A stretch of 64,000 nt of DNA, from NCBI GenBank assembly GCA_963752285.1, contig CAVVXN010000003.1:32001-96000 (forward strand), read 5' to 3'. The position numbers and the translations under genes are program-made. The notes beneath the pieces were generated by a model, which had not been told where the DNA came from, searched no databases, and worked only from the letters and a program-made list of their open reading frames with translations. This stretch comes from an uncultured Planctomycetota bacterium (GTDB lineage: Bacteria > Planctomycetota > PLA2 > JAEUHO01). Position 1 is the stretch's first letter. Each line of letters begins with the position of its first letter. Shown here piece after piece: positions 16,138 to 27,079 of this stretch.

Positions 16138-17733
16138 TCAGACCCCCGCGTCGGACCCGAGGTCGCCCTTCAGGTCGTCGAAGCCGCGGTCCAGCGCCTC
16201 GACCTGCCGCTTCAGGTCTTCCTGCGCGATTCGCACGCGCTCGAGGATCCGGTTCCCCCCCGAGCGGACCGTCTCGGCTGCGCGGCGGATCTCGTCGAGT
16301 GCGTCGGCCTGCTTCTCGATCCGTCGGATGGCGCGTTCGATGGCCTCGAGGTCGGCACCCCTTTCCTCGCGCGCCGTCGCCGCGCGGATCGAGATCGCGC
16401 GCGCCGCCGCGATGGCCGCTTCCACGACCACGTCGGTCGCGCGGTCCTCGGCGTCCCACACGACGACGAAGTCGTTCCCGTACCGTGCGAGCGGCCGGGT
16501 CCCGGCGGGCGCGGTCCGGCGCGAGTAGACGAAGATCCCGACGGAGGCCCCGCGGTTCTTCCGCGCGACGTCCATCTCGTTCCGCGCGCGCGAGAGGTCG
16601 TACGACGCGTCCTCCTTCGCCTCCACGACGATCCGCGCGCCCGCGGCGCGCGTGTCCGGGCCCATCTCGATCACGGCGTCGCCGACCTTCGAGTTCGCGA
16701 TGAGTCCCGTGCTCTGGCCCGTCGCGGTGGCGACGTCGCCGTTGGCCTGCGCGAGGTCCATCAGCAGGTCGAACAGCGCCGACTCGAAGTCCGCGCCGTG
16801 ACGCGTGGATCGGAGAGACTCCTCGCGTCGGGCCTGGAGCGCGGCGAGGGCCGACTTCACCTCCTCCTGGAACTTCGTGGCCGTCTCGCGGTGGTCCTCG
16901 AGGACCGCGAGGAGCTGACTTCGCATGCGCGCGAGCGCGGAGTCGTCGTCGTCGAGGGTGAACTCGCGGTGGATCTGCCGTTGCGCGGACTCGACGCGGC
17001 CTACGAGGCGGCTGAGCGCGCTGTTCTCGTCGTCGAGCGAGAACTCCCCGACGACCTTCTCGACGCTGCCCTTGAGCGCGTCGGTGAGCTTCCCGTGGCT
17101 CTCCGTGAGCTCGGCGAGCAGGCGGGAGAGCGCGCCGTCCTTCTCGTCGAGGGAGAACTGCCGCAGGATGCCCGCCTTCTGCTCGGCGAGCACGCGCTCC
17201 ACCGAGTCCTCGATCGAGTGCACCACGCCGTTCGCCTCGTCGGGCCCGAGGAGCTTGAGGAGCGGGCTCTGCGCGCCCACGCTCGCGGCGAGGGTCTTCG
17301 CGAGGGTCGAGTCCTCGGCGCCGATCTGCCGGCGGAGCACCTGCTCGAGCTCACCGTCGCGCTTGACGAGGCGCTCGACGCGCTCGGTGAACCGGCCGCT
17401 CTGGGGGTCGAAGTACTCGCGAAGCGCCGTGGCGACCTGGGTCTGGACGGCCTCCCGGTGCGCCTCGAGGCGCGAGCCGAGCGTCTCGACGAGCCGCTCG
17501 CCCTCGCGACGGATCGTGTCCGCGTCCACCCGACCCCGCGCGTGCTCCAGGGCGAGGACGCCGATCCGGAGCGCCGCGAGCGCGGCCTCCTCGCGGGCGC
17601 GGCCCTCGGGCTGGGCGAGGAGCGCGCGGATCACCTCCGCGTCGCGCACGGTGAGCGCGAGCGAGAGTCGGGAGGGGATCGCGTCGCCACCGACGTCCAT
17701 CTGCGAGAGGGCCCGGAGGGAGGGCTCGGCCAT
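16138..17733 (-). CDS. Coiled-coil protein with C-terminal PD-(D/E)XK-like domain (RmuC/DUF2130-like architecture)
   Basis: Internal repeats FSLDEKDGALSRL / FSLDDENSALSRL / FTLDDDDSALARM; HGADFE...KVGDAV...IVVEAK; GGAGG RBS. Confidence 0.7.
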   Translation of the reverse strand: MAEPSLRALSQMDVGGDAIPSRLSLALTVRDAEVIRALLAQPEGRAREEAALAALRIGVLALEHARGRVDADTIRREGERLVETLGSRLEAHREAVQTQVATALREYFDPQSGRFTERVERLVKRDGELEQVLRRQIGAEDSTLAKTLAASVGAQSPLLKLLGPDEANGVVHSIEDSVERVLAEQKAGILRQFSLDEKDGALSRLLAELTESHGKLTDALKGSVEKVVGEFSLDDENSALSRLVGRVESAQRQIHREFTLDDDDSALARMRSQLLAVLEDHRETATKFQEEVKSALAALQARREESLRSTRHGADFESALFDLLMDLAQANGDVATATGQSTGLIANSKVGDAVIEMGPDTRAAGARIVVEAKEDASYDLSRARNEMDVARKNRGASVGIFVYSRRTAPAGTRPLARYGNDFVVVWDAEDRATDVVVEAAIAAARAISIRAATAREERGADLEAIERAIRRIEKQADALDEIRRAAETVRSGGNRILERVRIAQEDLKRQVEALDRGFDDLKGDLGSDAGV

Positions 17734-17785
17734 GGGGCCTCCAATCGGGTCGATTGTAAGAACCCCCCCCGACTCCCCCAGGAGT

Positions 17786-17898
17786 CATACGGAGCCAGAG
17801 CAATTCGTCCGAGTTGGCCGGCGTCCGCGCCCCGGCTCCGGCCCGGGCCCAGGTCGCGTCGCGCGGCTGATTCGGACGTTTTGCTCGGGCTCCGTATG
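17786..17898. repeat. Intergenic ~35-bp imperfect inverted repeat (REP/MITE-like)
   Basis: CATACGGAGCCAGAGCAATTCGTCCGAGTTGGCCG (17786-17820) vs CGGCTGATTCGGACGTTTTGCTCGGGCTCCGTATG (17864-17898). Confidence 0.75.
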
Positions 17899-17904
17899 GG
17901 GGGG

Positions 17905-19257
17905 TCAGCGGGTGGCGGAGCCGGGCGGGTCTGCGGGAACTGGCTGCCCTTCGCTCGCCGGCTCCTCCGCGGGAGTCGCCGTGCCCAGGCGGGCCAGCAA
18001 CGCGGGGACGTCGAGCCTCTCCTCCTTCACGTTCCGGATGTTGCCGCCGATCCGCGCGAACCGGACGTAGAGCGTCTTCTCGCCCGTCAGCGCCACGACC
18101 TCGTGCAGCGTCGCGAGGCCGTTCTTCGTCACGGTCGAGTCCGCGTCGGGAAGGGCCGCTCGCGCGCCCAGGCCGAAGAGGTCGGCCACGTCCAGCGGAT
18201 GGTCTCCCGACGACTTCGCCCCCTCCATCAGCGTGTCGTACCGCCAGCCGGACCCGTGGGCGCGCTTGCGGTAGTGGTTCGTGCACGCGACGTAGGTGAG
18301 CTCCGCGCCGTCCACTCGGTCGGCGCAGCGTAGGTCGGCGCCCTGATCGACGTCTTCCCGCGTGTCGTACTCGAGGACACCCGCCGGCTGACCGTTCCCT
18401 GGTTCGGGCGTCGCGACCATGAGGTTGTTGCCGTACACCGTGTTCCACGACCGGCAGAGCTCGACCGCTTTCTCGACCGCGCCCGGGGCGTCCAGCTGCT
18501 CCATCAGACGGCGGACCGCCACGAGGCGCGGGACGTTGCCCTGCGCGAGGTCCTTGAAGGTGGGGAGGACGTTGACGTCGTGGATCGCCGTGAACACACC
18601 GGCGTCGTTCATCGCGGTCAGGGCCCCGATCGAAGCGGGGTGTGAGATCCCCACCCAGCCGTGCGCCCCGTCTCGCGGCGCCACGACGCGCACGTGCTGG
18701 CGGGTCACGATCATGTCGAGCGCGGGGAAGTCGAAGTTGCGCACGACGGCGGCCTTGCCGTCCTTCGTGTGGGGCCCCCACAGCGCGATCGAGGAGCAAC
18801 CGAGCGCGTAGAGGTCGCCAAAGGTGTTGAGGGCGTAGATGTCGCCGAGCCGCAGCGGGCGTCCGAGCCATCCGATGGTGCGGTCCGCTTCGGCCGGCAA
18901 CCGCGCCTCGACGCCCGCGAGGATCCCCTCCATCTCCTCCTTTTCCGCGTCGGAGAAGCGAAACGCCGCCTTCGCCGCGGGGAGGAGCTGCATCTCGTAC
19001 ACGTTCTTGTGGTCGCCGAGGAAGCCGTCCAGGCTCTTGTCCGTCCCCTCCACGATGTCGCGCGCCAGGAGCCAGCCCTGGGCGAACCCACGTTCGCGGG
19101 GTGCTCCCCAGAGCTCGAGTACCGGGACCTGCCCGAGCGACACGAGGCGCCCGGTGACGGCGGGGGCCTTCGCGCCGTCCTCGCCCCGGGCGGACGGGAC
19201 GGTGGCGAGGATCGTGAGGCCGACGAGGGCCGCGAGGCCGGTCCGGCGACGGGGCAT
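17905..19257 (-). CDS. Secreted Ntn-hydrolase, peptidase C45 family
   Basis: Signal peptide; LWGAPRERGFAQG; GCSSIALWG nucleophile site; RNFDF, AMNDAGV, TNHY; AAGGAG RBS. Confidence 0.85.
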   Translation of the reverse strand: MPRRRTGLAALVGLTILATVPSARGEDGAKAPAVTGRLVSLGQVPVLELWGAPRERGFAQGWLLARDIVEGTDKSLDGFLGDHKNVYEMQLLPAAKAAFRFSDAEKEEMEGILAGVEARLPAEADRTIGWLGRPLRLGDIYALNTFGDLYALGCSSIALWGPHTKDGKAAVVRNFDFPALDMIVTRQHVRVVAPRDGAHGWVGISHPASIGALTAMNDAGVFTAIHDVNVLPTFKDLAQGNVPRLVAVRRLMEQLDAPGAVEKAVELCRSWNTVYGNNLMVATPEPGNGQPAGVLEYDTREDVDQGADLRCADRVDGAELTYVACTNHYRKRAHGSGWRYDTLMEGAKSSGDHPLDVADLFGLGARAALPDADSTVTKNGLATLHEVVALTGEKTLYVRFARIGGNIRNVKEERLDVPALLARLGTATPAEEPASEGQPVPADPPGSATR

Positions 19258-19369
19258 GGGAGGCTCCTTCCTGGCCGCGGGGTGCGACCGTCGTGGGATT
19301 CCCCCGATCCTCCCCTTCGAGGAGGGTCGTGCGGGGGCTCCGTAGAATCCCATCCCTGGAGACCGGCTG

Positions 19370-20206
19370 GTGCCGCACCCGAACTCCGCCCTGATCCTCA
19401 CCGGACGCGCCATGTCGGCGCCCGAGACGTGCGTCCTGGCCGGGGGACGGGCAGCCGTCTTCTCGTGCGGCAAGCCGGGGGGCGAGGAGGCGAACGAGGA
19501 CGCGCTCGCGGTGCTCGAGCTGGGCGGCGCCCGCGGCGTGCTCGCGGTGGCGGACGGTGCCGGCGGTCATCCGAACGGCGCACGCGCCGCGGCCGTGACG
19601 CTCGAAGCCCTCGCCGACTCGATCGACGGCGACACGAACGACGACCTGAGGGGATCGCTTCTCGACGGCATCGAGTCGGCGAATCGTCGCGTACAGGATC
19701 TCGGCGGCGGCGCCGCCTCCACACTGGCCGTTCTCGAGATCGAGGGACGCACGGTTCGGCCCTACCACGTCGGCGACAGCGAGATCCTCGTCGTAGGGCA
19801 GCGCGGTCGCGTGCGACTCTCCATCGTCCCGCATTCGCCCACCGGCTATGCGGTCGAGTCGGGTCTGCTGGAGCCCGCCGAGGCCATCGCCCACGAAGAT
19901 CGCCACCTCGTCTCGAACCTCGTGGGTACGGCCGACATGCGCATCGAGATCGGCTCCGTGCTCGACCTCCAGCCGCGCGACACGGTGCTGATCGCCAGCG
20001 ACGGGCTGTTCGACAACCTGCGCGTGGACGAGATCGTGAACGCGATCCGTTCCGGACCTCTCGAACGCGCGGCACACGATCTGCTGCGGGACGCACGGCG
20101 GCGGATGCAGAGCGCGACGACGGGCGAGCCTTCGAAGCCCGACGACCTGACGTTCGTGCTCTATCGCATCGCGCCCGCGACGTCCGCGGAGGGAGCCACG
20201 CCGTGA
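19370..20206 (+). CDS. PP2C-family Ser/Thr phosphatase
   Basis: NEDA, AVADGAGG, HVGDS, LIASDGLFDN, DDLT. Confidence 0.92.
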   Translation: MPHPNSALILTGRAMSAPETCVLAGGRAAVFSCGKPGGEEANEDALAVLELGGARGVLAVADGAGGHPNGARAAAVTLEALADSIDGDTNDDLRGSLLDGIESANRRVQDLGGGAASTLAVLEIEGRTVRPYHVGDSEILVVGQRGRVRLSIVPHSPTGYAVESGLLEPAEAIAHEDRHLVSNLVGTADMRIEIGSVLDLQPRDTVLIASDGLFDNLRVDEIVNAIRSGPLERAAHDLLRDARRRMQSATTGEPSKPDDLTFVLYRIAPATSAEGATP

Positions 20207-21000
20207 GCGCGCGCCGCGCGGTCCATCCGCCCCGAATCGACGCCTTCGACCTCGAGCCGGGGCGGGTGTTGGCGGGCCGCTACGAGGTCCTCGGGAAGCT
20301 CGGCGGTGGCTGGGAGGGCGAGGTCTACGAGGTCATCGAGCGGCGGACGGGCATCGTGCGGGCGGCGAAGCTGTTCTTCCCGCACCGCAACGTTCGGGAC
20401 CGCGCGGTGCTCCAGTACGCCAAGAAGCTCGACGCGCTGAAGCACTGCGCGATCGTGACGCAGTACCACCACTCCGAGACGATTCGGTTCCACGGCCGCG
20501 ACGTGACGTGTCTGCTCAGCGAGTTCGTGGAGGGTGAGCTTCTCACGAGGTTCATCGAGCGCCGACCCGGACACGCGCTGCCGGTCTTCGAGGCGCTCCA
20601 CCTGACGCACGCGCTCGCCCAAGGCCTGGAGGAGATCCACCAGGCGCGCTACTACCACGGAGACCTCCACCCGGAGAACGTCCTCGTCCGCCGCGCGGGC
20701 ATTGGCTTCCACTTGAAGCTCGTGGACTTCTACCACTACGGCCCGACCACGGCCGCGTGCCTGCGGGACGACATCGTGGACATCGTTCGTCTCCTCTACG
20801 ACGCCGTGGGCGGGGCCGAGCGCTACGCCTCGCAGCCACCCGAGGTGAAGGCGATCTGCAAGGGCCTCCGCCGCGGGCTCGTGCTCCGCGCGTTCCCCAC
20901 GGTCCGGCACCTCCGCCGTCACCTCGAGTCGTTCCGGTGGTCGGACGATCCCGTCTCCGAACGAGGGCGGGGGCGCGGGGCCCGCCGCGGCCGTCGCTGA
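20203..21000 (+). CDS. Short Ser/Thr protein kinase-like protein
   Basis: GTGA overlap; LGGGWEGEVY, AAKLF, HGDLHPENVL, KLVDFY. Confidence 0.85.
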   Translation: MSARRAVHPPRIDAFDLEPGRVLAGRYEVLGKLGGGWEGEVYEVIERRTGIVRAAKLFFPHRNVRDRAVLQYAKKLDALKHCAIVTQYHHSETIRFHGRDVTCLLSEFVEGELLTRFIERRPGHALPVFEALHLTHALAQGLEEIHQARYYHGDLHPENVLVRRAGIGFHLKLVDFYHYGPTTAACLRDDIVDIVRLLYDAVGGAERYASQPPEVKAICKGLRRGLVLRAFPTVRHLRRHLESFRWSDDPVSERGRGRGARRGRR

Positions 21001-21088
21001 CGCACTCTGGACCCTCCACACCCGGTGGCGTAGCCTCAGCGAGGTCCCGACCCTCTCTGGAAGTGCCGTGGACGTGGAGGAGGACACG

Positions 21089-21832
21089 ATGCGATTCAGT
21101 GCCGGTGCCGTGCTGTCCCGCGGCTTCGCGGTCCTGGGCCGGAACCTGGGCCCGTTCCTGGTCCTGAGCCTGCTCACGAACCTTCCCGTGTTCGCCGTGC
21201 AGCTCGCGGTCGGACAGGTGCCGGTGGAGCCGTTCCGACCGGACCAGGCCCAGGTGGCCCAGATGCCGCGGTTCGACCCACTCCAGCTCCTTCCCTCGCT
21301 CCTGAGCATCGTGATGAGCGCGATCCTCGCTGGCGCACTCACGTACGGGGTCGTCCAGGACCTCCGCGGGCGCCGGGCGGGGCTCGGCCAGACCCTCTCC
21401 GTTGGTCTCTCCCGCGCCCTCCCGGTCGTCGGGATCTCCATCCTGGTCGGTTTCCTCATCGGGCTGGGGTTCATCGCCCTCGTGGTCCCGGGGCTGATCC
21501 TCCTGTGCGCCCTCTTCGCCGCGGTCCCGGCCGCCGTGATCGAGCGCCTCGGTGTGGGCGCGCTCGGACGCTCCTTCGACCTGACGAAGGGGCACCGGAT
21601 GTCGATCTTCGGGATCGTCCTCGCGATCGGCATCGTCGGCGTGGTCTTCGGGCTCGTCCTGCGGATGGCGATCGGTGCCGGCGCCAGCCTCGTCGCGACC
21701 TCGATCGTGTTCTACGTCGTCTCGATCTTCCTGAGCCTCTACAACGGGACCTGCCAGGCGGTCGCCTACCACGACCTCCGTGTGGAGAAGGAGGGCGCGA
21801 GCACCGCGGACATTGCGAGCGTGTTCGACTGA
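21089..21832 (+). CDS. Integral membrane protein (GDPD-membrane-domain-like family)
   Basis: GGAGGAGG RBS; PAAVIERLGVGALGRSFDLTKGHR, AVAYHDLRVEKEG, IASVFD. Confidence 0.8.
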   Translation: MRFSAGAVLSRGFAVLGRNLGPFLVLSLLTNLPVFAVQLAVGQVPVEPFRPDQAQVAQMPRFDPLQLLPSLLSIVMSAILAGALTYGVVQDLRGRRAGLGQTLSVGLSRALPVVGISILVGFLIGLGFIALVVPGLILLCALFAAVPAAVIERLGVGALGRSFDLTKGHRMSIFGIVLAIGIVGVVFGLVLRMAIGAGASLVATSIVFYVVSIFLSLYNGTCQAVAYHDLRVEKEGASTADIASVFD

Positions 21833-21835
21833 TCG

Positions 21836-22663
21836 ATGGATGAGGTCGGGGCCCCCGCGCCGCGGCGCCGGCGCGTCGCGAGGGAGGGCCGCCCCTCCTT
21901 CCCCACGGGCGGCGTGATCGCGAGCGCGTGGGACATCCTGCGCCGTCACGCGTGGCCCTACCTGTCCCTCGCGGCGCTGCTCCAGGTCCCCCTGACCGCG
22001 CTGAGCTTCCACGAGGGGCCGTGGTCTCGGATTCCGCAGGCCTTCACCTTCACGTCGGGTGAGGTCGTGGGCGCGCTGGTGCTCCAGTCGGTCGTGGCCC
22101 ACGGGACGTACCGGGAGCTGTCCGGGCAGCCAGTCGGGGTCGTCGGGGCCCTCGCGGGCTTGCGGCGACTGCCCTCCGTGGTCGGAGTCGCCGTCACGAA
22201 CCTCCTGGCGACCTGGGGCATCTTGATCGTCGCGGGCGTGCTGGGCCTCAGCACCGGGTCGTGGGGCCTGGTCGCCTACCTCGTCTTGGGTCTGGCCCTC
22301 GTCGTGTCGCTCCAGTGCGCGTGGTTCGTCGCGGTGCAGGTGGCGGTCGTCGAGCCCGTTCGGCCCGATCAGGCCTTGGCGCGGAGCGCCTGGCTCACGG
22401 CGGGTTCGCGGTGGCGGATCCTGGGGATCGTCCTGGGCGTGACGGTGATTCCGTACGCCTTCTCCTTCCTCGCGTACAGCGCGGGTCGGAGCGAGATCGC
22501 GACCTCCCTGTTCGGGCACCTGGTGCTCGGCGTGTACGTGCTCGACGCGATTCGCGCGGGCATCACGGCATTCGGAGCGGTCGTGGCCACGGTCGCGTAC
22601 TACGCGCTGAGACGCCAGCGGGAGGGAATCGGTCGGGGCCAGATCCTCCGCGTCTTCGACTGA
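21836..22663 (+). CDS. Integral membrane protein, paralogue of the preceding gene
   Basis: VAVVEPVRPDQALARSAWLTAGSRWRI, VAYYALRRQREG, ILRVFD. Confidence 0.75.
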   Translation: MDEVGAPAPRRRRVAREGRPSFPTGGVIASAWDILRRHAWPYLSLAALLQVPLTALSFHEGPWSRIPQAFTFTSGEVVGALVLQSVVAHGTYRELSGQPVGVVGALAGLRRLPSVVGVAVTNLLATWGILIVAGVLGLSTGSWGLVAYLVLGLALVVSLQCAWFVAVQVAVVEPVRPDQALARSAWLTAGSRWRILGIVLGVTVIPYAFSFLAYSAGRSEIATSLFGHLVLGVYVLDAIRAGITAFGAVVATVAYYALRRQREGIGRGQILRVFD

Positions 22664-22784
22664 TCCCGGATACGGCGCGTGCGGGGCCCAAGCAGGCCGT
22701 CGGTGTCAGGCCGGCACGACCGGCCGGACCCGCCGGACCGGCCGGTAGGGACGCGGTGGCCGCGATGGGGTGGGCCGGTGGCGT

Positions 22785-22816
22785 CTGATTCGGACGAATT
22801 GCTCTGGCTCCGTATG
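22785..22816. repeat. Third copy of the 17786 repeat arm
   Basis: CTGATTCGGACGAATTGCTCTGGCTCCGTATG; reverse complement matches 17786-17812 exactly. Confidence 0.75.
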
Positions 22817-22837
22817 GTGTTACGGGGGGGATACTCG

Positions 22838-23788
22838 TTAGGCGGTTTCGTCGTACTTGTCCTCTTTTCGCCGGCCGAAGAGCATCCTTCGCTCGAGCCG
22901 CGCGCGCAGCGCGGCGTAGTACGCCGCGAGGAACGCGTGCGCCTCCTCGCGCGGGACGCGCTCGGGCCAGTCGATCTTCTTCGCGATGCGGTCCGCCACC
23001 GCCTGCATCGTCTTGGCGTGGTCCTTGGGGCCCGACGACCGGCTTCGGAGCAGCCCCTCCAGGACCTGGAGCTCGTAGATGCCGTACGCGTCGAGCATCG
23101 CCTCGGTGAACTCGAAGCGGGCCGCCTCGCGACGTCGGACCGTCTTCGCCGCGTGCGTCACCACGTCCTCGAGGAGCATCGGCCTCGGCGCCACGACGAC
23201 CTGCGTGCCCGCCACGAGGTCCCCCGGGCGGAGCCGCCACCGGTTGAACAGCGGGAGGCCCGCGAGGAGTAGCATCCACAGCGTCGCCAGGACCTGGGCC
23301 CAGCCGGGAGAGCCGGGCCAGAACGCCTGTGGATTCCCCAGCGCGGCCAGGGGCAGGTAGACCTCGAGGTTCCGCATCAGGTTTCGCACCACGACCGCGT
23401 CGGTCGTGAGGGGGCCTCCCTTCGCGTCCATGACCCGGATCCCGAGCTTGCGCTTGCCGGGCGTCTGACCGCTCGTGCGGGTCTCGAACCAGATGAAGTA
23501 CAGGTTCTGGACCACGAACACGGTGAGGAAGAAGAACGGCAGCACCCACGAGCCCGAACCGCCCGACGAGACGACCGCGACCACGATCCAAACGAGCGCG
23601 GCGATGACGATCCCCATCAGGAGGGCGTCCAGCGCGAAGGCGGAGAGTCGGTCTCCCGCCGAGGCCACGCGGAACCGGAGCTCGATCCCCTCCGGCGTGG
23701 GAATCGGTCGCGGCGTCCCTCGCGTCTCGATCTCGACGGGCCGGACGACGCGCCGTGCGGGCGCGCGGGCGGTCGAGGGGGCGCTCAC
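22838..23788 (-). CDS. RDD family membrane protein
   Basis: TPEGIEL, ASAGDRLSAFALD, GQTPGKRKLGIRV, RPGDLVAGTQVV; GTGA overlap. Confidence 0.88.
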   Translation of the reverse strand: MSAPSTARAPARRVVRPVEIETRGTPRPIPTPEGIELRFRVASAGDRLSAFALDALLMGIVIAALVWIVVAVVSSGGSGSWVLPFFFLTVFVVQNLYFIWFETRTSGQTPGKRKLGIRVMDAKGGPLTTDAVVVRNLMRNLEVYLPLAALGNPQAFWPGSPGWAQVLATLWMLLLAGLPLFNRWRLRPGDLVAGTQVVVAPRPMLLEDVVTHAAKTVRRREAARFEFTEAMLDAYGIYELQVLEGLLRSRSSGPKDHAKTMQAVADRIAKKIDWPERVPREEAHAFLAAYYAALRARLERRMLFGRRKEDKYDETA

Positions 23789-24813
23789 GGCAGGACCGCT
23801 CCGTCGCCCTCGTCCCCGACGCGGCGGCGGCGCCCGGCGAGCGCGAAGTACGCGACCCAGACGACGAGCGTCGAGGCCGCGACGGCGTAGCGCGTCGCGG
23901 TGTCCGTCACGCGCTGGCGGAACACCCCCTCCAGGAGGCCGGCGACGAAGAACATGCATACGGCGCCCACCACGAGGATGCCCGCCTGTCGTCCCTGTCG
24001 CGCGAGGCTCTCGAGCCGGCCGAGCGTCCCGGGGAACACGAGGCTCCGCGCGATCGCGAGCCCACCGGCCGCGCACAGCACCACGGCCGTGAGCTCGGTG
24101 ACGCCGTGGGGCAGCACCCATCCCCACCAGTCGAGCGCCAGGCCCCGGCTCTCGTAGAGGAACGAGAACGCGCCGAGCACGAGTCCGTTCGTGAACAGGA
24201 GGAAGAACACGGGTATGCCCGCCGCGAAGCCCAGCGCGAAGCACAGCATGCCCACCTGCGCGTTGTGCGTGAAGAGGAACGCCGCGAAGGTCGACAGGAC
24301 CGCGCCCGCGTCTTCCTCGTGGTAGAGCATGTCGCGCAGGTCCTTCGTGGACGCTCCGGGGTCGCGGCCCTGCGCCATCTCGGGCGACACGAGCGCGTAG
24401 AACTCGTCCGCGTCGGCGCGGGTGAGGAAGTAGCCCACCAGACCGCCCGCGACCAGAATGGCGTACGCGAGGGCCACCCACCCGACGAACGATCGGAAGG
24501 TCGCGGGGAGCCGGCGGCCGAAGAACTCGGCGATCGCCGCGCCGGGGTGTCGCTCGGGCCCGTACACGACGAAGTACGCGCGCTGGCCGAGGGCCTCGAG
24601 GTACTCGAGGAGCGCGTGGTCGAGCGAGATCGCGCGCGCGACGCTGAGACTCGACAGCGCCGCGCGGTAGAGGCCCGGGAGGCGCATCCGCTGCGCCTCG
24701 CTCAGGGAGCCGACGCCGAAGCGCTCCGCGCGATGGACCAGCACTTCCAGCTCGAGCCAGCCCGCCTCGCGCTCGCGGCGGAACTCGACCGACTTCAGCT
24801 CGATCGCCTTCAC
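23785..24813 (-). CDS. SpoIIM/DUF95 family membrane protein
   Basis: FRREREAGWLELE, LFTHNAQVG, NGLVLGAF, LPHGVTEL, AGLLEG. Confidence 0.88.
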   Translation of the reverse strand: MKAIELKSVEFRREREAGWLELEVLVHRAERFGVGSLSEAQRMRLPGLYRAALSSLSVARAISLDHALLEYLEALGQRAYFVVYGPERHPGAAIAEFFGRRLPATFRSFVGWVALAYAILVAGGLVGYFLTRADADEFYALVSPEMAQGRDPGASTKDLRDMLYHEEDAGAVLSTFAAFLFTHNAQVGMLCFALGFAAGIPVFFLLFTNGLVLGAFSFLYESRGLALDWWGWVLPHGVTELTAVVLCAAGGLAIARSLVFPGTLGRLESLARQGRQAGILVVGAVCMFFVAGLLEGVFRQRVTDTATRYAVAASTLVVWVAYFALAGRRRRVGDEGDGAVLP

Positions 24814-26122
24814 GCGACGAGCTCCCGTCGCTTCGCGTCGAGGTACCGGTTGAGGAGACGCTCCGTGACGGCCTGCGGCGCGGCGTCGATACAGTGGATC
24901 CCGAGGCGGCCGAGACGCCGAAGCACGAGCTCGCGGTCCTTCAGGACGTCGTCCGCCACGACCGACTTCAAGACGTCCCGCTCGGTACCGGGCGCCGTGC
25001 CCACCACGCGGTCCAGGTGGGGGTCGCGCAGCGCGACGAACGTGACGAGGTGGCGCCGCGCGAGGCGACCCAGGTTCTCCACCATGAGCTCCGCCGTCAC
25101 CGTGTCCACGAAGTCCGTCAGCAGCACCACGAAGGACCGCCGGTGGAGGCGCGCCGACAGGTCGGCGAGGCCGAGCGTGAAGTTCGTCTCCGTCGTCCGG
25201 TACGCGAGGTCGGCGGCGAGGCGCTGCACCCTCGCGAACGTGCGGACGCCGCCCCGTGGCTCCATCCACGCGCGGACCGTCTCGTCGAAGGCAAACGCGC
25301 CGACGCGGTCGCCGTACCTGAGGCTCGTGTAGGCGAGCACGAGTCCCGCGCTGACGGCGTGGTCGAGCTTCGGAACGCCGTCCACCGGTTCGCGCATGAG
25401 GCGGCCCGTGTCGAAGCCGAGCACGATCTGGTGGTTCCGCTCGGCGCGGAACTCCGCCGAGATCAGCATGCGGTGCCGCGCCGAGGCCTTCCAGTCGAGT
25501 CCGCGCGGGTCGAGGCCGGGGGTGTACTCGCGGAGGGCCTCGAACTCCGAGCCCTCGCCCTCGTGTCGCACGACCTTCCAGCCGACCCACGCGTCGCGGT
25601 GGTGGAGGAGCCGAAGCGCGTGGGCGCGCGCGGCCGAGACGTTCGGCCCGACGCGCACGCTCGCGTCCGTCCGCACGCGGCGCACCTTCGCGGCGAGGCC
25701 GAGCGGCCCGTTCCACCTGAGCCACAGGGTGGCGAGCCCGACCGTGCCGCGCCGCGTCGGCGTGAGGGGGATCCGCACCGTCGCGCGCCCCCCCGGTCCG
25801 AGGCGGGCCGTGGTCTCGGGCGGCGCCGCGAGGTCGCCCGTGACGTCGGCGTGGACGCGGAGGGCGGTCCTGCGGAGGCTCCCCGCCGCCGCGAGGGCCA
25901 CGGTCGCGTCCGCGGTGGACCCGATCTCGATCTCCTCGGGGACGGAGGTCTTCACGTTGAGGGCGCCCCGGCCGAGCGCGAGCGCCGCGTCGACGCCGAC
26001 GAGGAGGGCCCACGCGCCCACGTACGCGAGCCAGACCGTCCACAGCCATCCGCCCACGACGACCGGCAGGATGGCCGCGACGAACCCCACGAGGAGGAGC
26101 AGGAGCGCGCGGAGCGTCGGCC

Positions 26123-26126
<4 letters not shown>
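24810..26126 (-). CDS. DUF58 (vWA-like) MoxR partner protein
   Basis: [36 protein letters not shown]. Confidence 0.9.
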
Positions 26127-27079
<953 letters not shown>

